Shown here one piece after another: positions 29,990 to 39,687 of a stretch of 64,000 nucleotides of DNA. The DNA comes from Trichinella spiralis. Lineage: Eukaryota. The position numbers and the translations under genes are program-made. How positions within the stretch are numbered: the stretch's first letter is position 1; each line of letters opens with the position of its first letter. The stretch is from the NCBI RefSeq assembly GCF_000181795.1, contig NW_003526944.1:2283434-2347433 (forward strand), in the 5' to 3' direction. The notes under the pieces are model-generated. The model saw only the letters and a program-made list of their open reading frames with translations, did no database searches and had not been told where the DNA came from.

Positions 29990-30692
29990 GACAGTGGCGT
30001 TTCCTGCTTGCATTTATGCGGCTTGTCATATAGAAATTAGTAAGAAATATTAGATTTTTTTATATTTTAGCCATAGAAACAGTGAAACTAACTGGTATAC
30101 AGCTATACAACTAAACAACTAACTGCTATACATAGTGAAAATGTGGCAGTTCGACTACGCATTTAGGTGTTACCAGTGTAGTATTTGAGAAACGGGTAAG
30201 TACTTATTTTGATAATCATAACTTTAGATTACATCATCGAATGGGAGACTTATGTAAGTCCGTACTAGTTCACAATGTAAGACAAACGTTTTATGCTATT
30301 TTTGCGTTTAGTGATTTTAATTGTCGCATCATGAAAATTGGTATGTAGAGATTTTGTACGTGATAATTTTAGTTTGCATCATCCAATGGAAGTGTTATGG
30401 ATCCCCTGCTGATGCCACTCCGTATTGGCACAGTTGCGTTTCCTGCTTGTATTTATTTGGCTCGGCATATGGAAATGAGTAAGAAATATTTGATTTTTTT
30501 AGATTTTAGCAATAGAAACAGTGAGACTAACTGGTATACAGTCGCTATACATACTGAAAATGTGGCAGTTCGACTACGCATTTAGGTATTACCAATGTAG
30601 TATTGGAAAAACGGGTAAGTAGTGATTTCGATAATTATAACTTTAGATTATATCAAGGAATGGATGACTTTAGAAGTCCGTATTAGTTCAAG
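29990..30692 (+). repeat. Older diverged local duplication (~29990-30272 vs ~30428-30692)
   Basis: Shared blocks GCGTTTCCTGCTTG, GTAAGAAATATT, GAAAATGTGGCAGTTCGACTACGCATTTAGGT and AAACGGGTAAGTA, with many substitutions. Confidence 0.85.
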
Positions 30693-31609
30693 TAGGCGTA
30701 AAGACTTGTAGCGTAATGTTCTATGTGGTGTTGCGTTTCAGGAAGGGTATAAAGAAATTACGTACGGCTTTCAGTAGTAACAGTTTTTTTGAGCACAATC
30801 AAAGAATTATGAATTCGCTACAGATTTCGTTTTGTGTTGGCCATGAAGACTTTTCACAGCGTGCACAATGCCATGTTGATTATTACAAAGTAAGAATCTT
30901 TACTTGAATAATTTAATGCGTAAAAGTCAGAATGTATAAGTCCATGAACCATGAAATGTCGTTTAGTAGTACGTAAATAACTGTTTTCAGCGAATTCGTA
31001 TACGAAGTAAACAAACAAGCTATATAAAAAGTAATTATACCACAAGAAAAGTGCATATCATGTTTCTTATTGATTAGGTTTGCTTTAATCCTTTAATTTT
31101 AGTGTTCGTTTGGAAAGATTTTCTCATGATAGCAGTGAATTACGTCATTACTGTTTTGTCCCAATTACCCAGATTAATAGGGATCAGGTACTTATGCTTT
31201 ACTCTACAAAAGTGAATGAATATTAGTAACTAAGTAAATAATTACTGGATGTAATGGATTTTTTTAATTTTTGAATTGTTTTTCAGATGCACTCGCAGTG
31301 TGGTTCTCATACCAGTGCTTATTTTTGAGGTAAGTATTCTAATTTTAGATTTAAAAAATTTTAGATTTCATATCCACGTTGGAAAGGTTTTAGCTAAGCG
31401 TAATAACGTCTAGGTAAGTTAGACTACATGTAAATGGATATTAGTAATGTGGGTGACAGGTAAGAGAAAGCAAGTACAGGTAAGAAGATTACAGGTAAGC
31501 ATAAAAATAGTTCCAGGTAGGTGAAATAAAAACAGGTAAATTGTAATAATTGGAAATTGTAATAATGAAGAATTGGATAACTGGCAAGTGAAACTAAAAT
31601 GTGTATGCA

Positions 31610-32180
31610 AAGGGGATAAAAAATTTGAATATGCCCTCAGGCTACGCCTTAGACATTTTATTGCACAATATTTGCCCTCAGGGAGTATTTATGCAAATTT
31701 TTTTATCGCCTGGGGNNNNNNNNNNNNNNNNNNNNNNNNNNNNNNNNNNNNNNNNNNNNNNNNNNNNNNNNNNNNNNNNNNNNNNNNNNNNNNNNNNNNN
31801 NNNNNNNNNNNNNNNNNNNNNNNNNNNNNNNNNNNNNNNNNNNNNNNNNNNNNNNNNNNNNNNNNNNNNNNNNNNNNNNNNNNNNNNNNNNNNNNNNNNN
31901 NNNNNNNNNNNNNNNNNNNNNNNNNNNNNNNNNNNNNNNNNNNNNNNNNNNNNNNNNNNNNNNNNNNNNNNNNNNNNNNNNNNNNNNNNNNNNNNNNNNN
32001 NNNNNNNNNNNNNNNNNNNNNNNNNNNNNAAATTTAGCCCCAGGCGTTGCCCGAGGCTATGCCTCAGGGCATAAAAAATTTGCATATTCCCCCCAGGCTA
32101 GGCCCCAGGCATTTTATTGCACAATATTTGCCCTCAGGGGGATTATGCAAATTTTTTTTTGCTTTAGGGCGTCACCTCAG
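31610..32180. repeat. Palindromic GCCCTCAGGG-containing satellite or MITE-like array (interrupted by an N gap)
   Basis: 31620-31715 and 32075-32170 are diverged direct repeats sharing CATTTTATTGCACAATATTTGCCCTCAGGG. A unit is bounded by inverted ends AAAAAATTTGCATA..CCCC / GGGG..TATGCAAATTTTTT. Confidence 0.8.
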
Positions 32181-32440
32181 GAGATATGACCGTACAGATT
32201 GACCTGGTCAAAAATTCATTTCAAAGATTTATTAATAATTCCTATATTCTGTACCTACCAAACTTCTGTCCCAAACTTACCTGTACACTTACTAGACTTA
32301 CCTTACCATTCTTTTGATACTTACCTGTTTGTTTTATGCTATTTTCCATACTTGTACACCATATTCTGCACTTACACTTACCTGTACACTCATCTTCTGC
32401 ATCATTCCTTGCTATCTTCTGTACTTGCCAAACTTACCTG

Positions 32441-32820
32441 CTGGATGGTCAAAGGAGGGCCAGGGCACGGTTGGCACTGCAGCTCACCACGCTGCGAGGG
32501 CGTCCCGACGGGTGACGTGAACCGCCGTTCCAGGCATTTACCACCTGATGCCCTAGCGCTGATGGAATTGCGCTTCTTCTGACGGAGTACACCACCGGGT
32601 GAATCTGTCTCCGTCGTGCCAACCGGTCGCCGTTTCGTGCCGGTGTCCGGGAGGTCTCGCAGGCCGAGGTGTCTTCTGTAAGTCCGTGAAGAATGTTCTA
32701 ACACCACGAGAACCTTCATGGGAGACGACACCGATCCTTTTCAGGATGGCATCGTTCTTCGGGTCCCACGTCCCCAGAGCACCGACGATGGCGTCGTACG
32801 TCATCTTCTTTACTCACGCG
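32441..32820 (-). mobile_element. 3' fragment of an RLE-type non-LTR retrotransposon (NeSL/Utopia-like), frameshifted
   Basis: GC-rich island translating YDAIVGALGTWDPKNDAILKRIGV, then in another frame MKVLVVLEHSSRTYRRHLG. This resembles the IVGALGxWDPxN...LM..LMVS......R.IY..H motif that ends the restriction-like endonuclease domain. Confidence 0.75.
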
Positions 32821-33294
32821 ACTTACCTGTATACACTTATTCTGTGCTGTCTTCTGTACTTACCAGAGTTACCTGCACACATACTTATTCCTTGATATCT
32901 TCTGTACTTACCAGACTTACCCGTATACTCTTACAGACCGTTTCTCGCTATCCTCTATTAAAACTATCTCTAAATCATGCTAAAATAAAATCTTTCAAAA
33001 ATACCATAAGCTAATTTCTTCAGTTCAGAATCTGACTTATCTTAACTTTTACGCATTAAATAATTCAAAAAAAAGATTCTTACTTTGTGTACTTAGATGT
33101 AGTAGTAGTACTTAGCACTTAGTTGTGTAGATTTCTGTACTTAGTAAACATGGCATTGTGAACGCTGTAAAGTCTTCATGGCCAACACAAAACGAAATCT
33201 GTAAGCGAAAAAAATCTGTTACTACTGAATAACTTTACACCCCTTGTGATACGCAACACCATAGAACATTACGCCACAATTCTGTACATCAACT

Positions 33295-36200
33295 TGAACT
33301 AGTACGGACTTACATAAGTCTCCCATTCGATGATGTAATCTAAAGTTATGATTATCAAAATAAGTACTTACCCGTTTTTCAAATACTACACTGGTAACAC
33401 CTAAATGCGTAGTCGAACTGCCACATTTTCACTATGTATAGCAGTTAGTTGTTTAGTTGTATAGCTGTATACCAGTTAGTTTCACTGTTTCTATTGCTAA
33501 AATATAAAAAAATCTAATATTTCTTACTAATTTCTATATGCCAAGCCGCATAAATACAAGCAGGAAACGCCACTGTCACGGAGAGAGAATGTATAGTGAT
33601 TCCATATCTGTTCCAATGTTGTAGAATATTCTATTCCTATCATAAATAATATCTAATTCATTCTTACATATAGTGATAAGAAAAACTTCATTGTGACGTT
33701 TATATGAACTTCAAGTAACACTGGGTTACTACGGTAATGACATAACAACTCTTTGATAGCAAAAGTGTAATCCATTGTCATGAATTTTTTGCATTTCTTG
33801 TAATAGCCTGAAAATTATTTCAAAGTTAAATTGGAGAAATAAAACAGACGACAAAATGATTTGCGTTTGAAAATTATTATGATGCACTGTTATTCGTCTT
33901 CAATTACTTTTTATAATAAGGCGGTTTCATGTAAGTTATTGCAATTCAATTCAGATCATATATACTGTACGCAACATTCATGCATTACTTACTTGTTATG
34001 CACAAGCAAAGAAATCAATCATGTAACGAAACATTCCATTTGAAGTATTCTACAGCATGTTTTTTGAAGAAATTTCTAAAGCTATGGGAGAATGTAGGGA
34101 AGGCAAGTTAGCAAACGGATCCGTAACTTCGGAACAAAGATTTAAAAGCTGGGCCGATTGTGCTTTAAGCATGCAGTATATGCTTGGCAGAGTTCTGTTG
34201 AGGACTTTACCGATTGTTACCGTTTGTCGAAACAATCCGTCATCATCTGATCAAGCTAGCTGACAAACCGGTACGTTCAGAACCTAAAATAAGCGGCTGT
34301 CTGTTTATTTGTCAGACCGTTTCCGTCGGCATTCAACAACCAAGTTAGAAATGGCACGGAAACAAGGAATCTTTAATCAAATAATCAAAAATACTTTTCA
34401 AAATTATTATGATGAGTAACTGATCATCTTCACTTACTATTTATAATATAGCTGTTAAATAATACATGATCTAAACGTGAAGTGATGTGAATTTCTGAAA
34501 GTGAATTTTATTAGTGTAGTCATCTCAAAATAAAAAACAGTAATACGTACTTCTCTGTCCTCAGCATCTGAGGTAGCTGAAATTTAGAAAAAATAATGCA
34601 GTTAGAGACACCCTTTAGTTCCCAATCACCATATTAGTAGAGCAATACAAATGGCATGCATGACATAACACCACCACTATGCATAATATAACTTACCTAA
34701 TATTCACAGAGAGCATTGAAGAGCGGAATTATAGTTGATCCCCTTCGTGCTGCCATAGCCATAAACTGAATAACGGAATGTGTACAAAGTACTCTGATTA
34801 AACATATAACGCTGAGTAAACTATGCAAATAATAAACTACTTTGTCTGCGGTGGAACAACCTAATTTGAATGCAGTAATAGCACAGTGAAATGAATATAG
34901 CGAACAATTTTATTTAATAACATGATGAAATTTATTACGTTTTTATTTACACACTGCACATTACTAAGTAAAATAGCACTATTATGCAAATTTCTTTTGT
35001 TAAAATTAGATGAAACGAACACTTATTAACCTGAAGCATTGCAAATCACTAAAAATAACCAGAAATGCTATTATTGCGTTGCTGAATTTATTTGCTAGAA
35101 CGTTGGACAAGAACAAACAAAGTATATCACTCGAATAATATTTCTCTTATAATCTAAGGTACATGGATAATAATTAAATGGCTTCTACTGAAATTAGTAT
35201 AGAGAATAAAAACATTTCTGAGATTTGTAAAACATTAAATAACATTAATGAAATTTTATTGTAAACATTACTACAGAAATTATTAAATGCTAATTCTAAA
35301 CAAAGCAAGCAGATTTAAATCTCCAAAGTAGTATTCATTTTCTGTTTCGATGAATTAATAGCTGCTGTAGCGGATGACAATTACAATTAATTACGAGTAG
35401 AGCACAAGTAAAAATGACAAAAGAATAAATTCAACCACGTATAAAATAAATTTAAACTTCAAATTCATCTATAGAAAAAAATGTCCATGAAAAGAAGAAC
35501 CAATGAACGACTTATTCGTTACGTCGCAATCATTTCTTCGAATTATGTATAAGCTGTACATTTTGATAAAATCAATGGACAGATAAATTGCTAAACTTAT
35601 AGATTTTCATATTGTGAATCACAGAGTGTAGTTTTACATGGTTGAACAAGGAAATCAAGAGAGTTACATACAGAAAGGACTTTCAGAGTTCAGTTTATTC
35701 AAGGATAAAAACGGAATACTGATTTCAGTTAATGGGCCAAGGTTTGTAAAGAATTGTCCCCACTTCATGACAGAGATATCCCAGGGAAGAAAGTGAATGC
35801 TTGAGAACGCTAAAACATAGCAGCAGCAGTCTACACACTTTTAAACACAATAAATGCAGGAGTGCTTGGCAACTGTATCAATTCAGAGAAAAAGCAGGCA
35901 GCTTCAAGAGCTGGTGACATTTAGGATTTAGTACAATGAGTGTGCATTTCCAGTCGATAACACTGAGAAAGTACACTAAGATTTATCCCAAGTCACCACG
36001 GTTAAACGTTCTCTGTTCAACGGATAAGCATGATTACGGTTCTTATTGGTGTCTTCTAGAGCAAGTAATATTTCTCATTTATTGGGAGGGAAATGCAATA
36101 ATGAAGGCGGGGAAAAAAGGCGGGAGAATTGGTGGGATGTAGGGAGTGAAAGTTGTTATAAACTGAATCGTTATCATTCAATCAACTTTCACCTTTTCTA

Positions 36201-37999
36201 ATCAGGCGTTGTCTTTTATCTGTCAATATAATTAATAGCTGAGATAATACCCCGTCGGGTTCCAAAGAATGGAAGACATGCACACTGATGTGCAAATTTT
36301 CTTCACAATAGTATTAAAATCAAAGGAAAGGTTCGCTATCAAGGATGATGCAAATGATAGGACAAATTACAGTTTGAATATTCAAGGGTAGAAATGTCTG
36401 TAATCATCGAGGTCTATATCATCAGCAACTTGCATTACAGGAAATATAGGGAACGCAGAAATATTCAACTGTTCTTTCAGTACAATGTCACAATTGGCTT
36501 TTCGAGAACTATCGAGAAAAAGCTTTTCATTGTGAAACAGTGATTTCATAAATATTATCTATCATTAAGCTCTGTCTTTGCAGCGTGATTTGGAATCACG
36601 CAAAAATCCTAAAGGCATGAAGATAAGAAAGAACTGCCTTTTTGCCTGTGCATTTCATTTCAAGAATTCTATGTACATTGAGCTAAACATAAATTATGCA
36701 CCATATTATTCTATAATACTTTTCATTCAAAAAATTCACTTGCAACATCTGCAAAAATGTGGCTAAACAAGTTATTTTGATTGATGAATGAAAATTTGTG
36801 GAAAATAGCATATTCAATTAACAGTTTCTGAAAATGCATTTTCTGATTATTCATTATTTGCTTTGCCTATGGAAGCACAACCTAATTTTCCGTCACTAAC
36901 TAAGCTTATTGACATAAGTGCAGTGAAGAATTTTATTAAATATTGAACGCTGTTACATTTTTATTTACACACTTCATAATACGACTTACGCTCATATGAA
37001 AACGCATTAGCATGCAAATTTATTTCGACTAAAAGCGCGTGAATATCTCTGCTAAGCTGTTGTCATGAAAACGACCGGAACATCAACCTTTCATAGTACC
37101 GTATTATTTCACATGCAAAATATCAAGCTAAGCAAAACAACACGAAAAAATTTCCTAATAAATGAAAAAATCAAATAAGCATTTCTTTAGAAGAGAACTC
37201 GTTAAAATTCACAAAATACAGAATTTTCAAGACTCTGTATCCTACATTTACACGAACGCAATGTATTATTGCAAATTATACTAAATTATTAAATTTTTCA
37301 TTTGGGTTTTCTTATTAGAACATTAAATAATTTCAGATGGAATACGCCAGATGCTTCATGAACAATAAGAGCGCTTTTGTTGTCACCCCTTTGATTTAAA
37401 TTGAAAAGTGTTCAAAAGTGAGAATCTTTTAATTATATTTACAAACCTGCACCTTTAATTCTAAGGTTTTTCTTTAATTTCTCAGTTCTTAGTTAGTTTC
37501 ATTAATAATAGCATTTATGTGAATTCGAAAAATGATCTAATAAAAAATTTCGTCTGTTTCTTGAACGTCATACAGATGAAAAGGTTTGTTTCATTTCGCA
37601 AAAGGCAAAAATAAATTTCTATGAAAAGTGGCAATGTTTTATATCGTGTCTTTTAAGAAAGAAGAAAAAAATGAAACTGAATAATATGCATGCAAAACTT
37701 CTTACCTGATAGCAAGAATGTTGTGATGTGGTATGAACGAGACGTAAGGTGGTATAAATTTCGAATTTATGCCAATATTTGTTGAAGTCAAGCACCAGAA
37801 TTGAGCAAATTACCCAGCGCACTAGCGAGTGCGTTCTTCATCAATGAATACTCATATAATAATTGCCTGAAAATAATAAACATGACTATATATATGTATG
37901 TATAATAAATCGCTTCAGGATTTGAACAGCACAAAGTGCTTCACCAAATTGCCGCAGGCATAGTTCACCATCAAATTATTGTAGACATAGTTTGCTTAC
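33295..37999 (-). repeat. Right arm of the large inverted repeat
   Basis: Reverse complement of 23995-30272 minus the internal duplication; a more diverged match continues inward (33035-33295 vs ~30690-30940). Confidence 0.95.
34045..34382 (+). pseudogene. Degenerate 28S rRNA fragment, copy 3 (sense orientation)
   Basis: Contains GGATCCGTAACTTCGG at about 34117-34132; reverse complement of copies 1 and 2. Confidence 0.8.
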
Positions 38000-39687
38000 G
38001 CGTGTTTGCATACATAATTGACTACTCAGGTTGTACATTATTTACCTTAATTCTCTCAGCTGTTTTCCTAATTATAACAACAATTTTCCTAGTTATAACT
38101 ACTAACTAATTATAATTATTGATCATTACGAAAATACTTTTATTCAGTACTACTCTGAATAGGTGTTTCTAAAAGTTCCACCGTTATTTGTTCTTACTTT
38201 ACGAATTTATGTACGTGAATCCGTTATTGTTATCATTATTTCCCTTACATCAATTTATTGTTGATGTCGAGATCAAACATTACAAGCCACTTATGGATTG
38301 TGATTTCATTTGATTTTTCTGTGGCAACTTAATTTCAGACGGAATTCTCTGTTCCGGACTGCTTGGAATATTCATTTTCAAACATTCTGTTGTATTTGAA
38401 GAAAACACAAGGCAAATCAGTGTATTGGGATACCCCCTCATAATCCAATAAAAAAGTGAAAAACTTTTTAACGTTATTCGAATGCGAAAAGCAAAACTAG
38501 ACAGCGCTCCTAGCCGTTACTGACGTGCGCACATTGATTATCAGTCATTTCGTACCAGCTATTCATTTTCCGGCGTGATTTGATTTCTAGGCGTGATAAT
38601 TCCGTCCCTAACACTTGTATATTTGTTTCCTCTATGAAAAGTGAGTGCTTCCCTTCTGTATACTGTCTGATCATCTAAGCATTTTGGTGGTGATATTTGT
38701 TCAATGAGATAACCGTGCCTGCTTTGTATCTATAAAGTTCCGGTGAGCTCGGATTCTTGCAACTTCTCTGTATTCTCCAATCACAATGTTCTCTTAACTG
38801 CGCTTAAAATTTCCATGCCGATGAGGCATTTGAAATGTGAAAACTAATAATAAAATTATTATTGAATGAGCAAGGCAACTGATCTTCAGCTTGAATTCAA
38901 ATAGAACATTCGAATAAATACAACCGACATTCGTATTTTTCCGCTGCGTGCTACCTATTTCTGTCCTGCTGATTAATTGCTGAGATATTATTATGTCACA
39001 GGTCTGGTGCGACTGTTTCTTATCTTGCATCGTCGGACAATCTGTTCGACGTTTCCCACGGTACTTCCCCATTTTTTCAGACGTTCAGTTCTGTTTTTTG
39101 GACAAACGTCCACAAATTGTCCCACTATCGACAGAGCATTCATTTTCTGACAATCTGCAGGCAAACATAGATCATACGAAACAGCGGGAATATGAGAAAA
39201 CTGACCATTAAAAAGAAACCAAAATTTGACAAATAGAACGCTTTGCAATGTCAACCAGTAAAATTTAGGTAGGCGACAACGAATAAAATTTATCGAAAAG
39301 AAAACCAATGAAATTTAAAACCAATCAAATGCCGAGCGGCATGTCTTTGATGGGACAAATTAAATCAGCCCCTTATTTTGTTATTTATTAATTTTTATAA
39401 AATTCTATTTGTGAAAATTTAATCTGCTTTACCGAATCGCAACTTGACAATTTAACAAAATGAATTTCCTCATTTCATACCTAATTTTCATTTACAGCAT
39501 CCTTTAAAAATAATAAACAAGTATTTGTAAATAATGTTGGATGATATTTTCGGCATTAATATTTAAAAAAAGAACTGTAAAAATTGATCCTTTAGCCAAA
39601 TTTTGAAAGTAACATTTTAAAAAATTACTTTAAAAATATTATGAAATAAGAAGTATTACTTACTTGTGTAGATTTGCATAATTAAAA

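Larger units (their letters stand above)
23995..30272 (+). repeat. Left arm of a large inverted repeat (includes an N gap and an internal 1.5 kb duplication)
   Basis: Reverse complement of 33295-37999; identical or near-identical ORFs on opposite strands (25234/36578, 25858/35936, 29304/34057, 29524/33861). Confidence 0.95.
23892..31330 (+). pseudogene. Decayed multi-exon trypsin-like (S1A) serine protease homologue, probably two domains
   Basis: AG/GT-bounded pieces occur in trypsin motif order: ERSRYCAG (24133-24294), VYGYGSTKGINYNSALQ followed by a frameshift (27257-27325), LMPLRIGTVAFPACI (30373-30478), ISFCVGHEDFSQRAQCHVDYYK (30824-30889). Stops and frameshifts are present and no GDSGG is seen. 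Motif resemblance only. Confidence 0.4.

Noticed and set aside
31410..32945. CRISPR-like array or U1 snRNA gene
   Set aside because: Eukaryotic context with irregular short motifs and no spacers; the U1 match is limited to 11 nt with no downstream U1 stem-loops.
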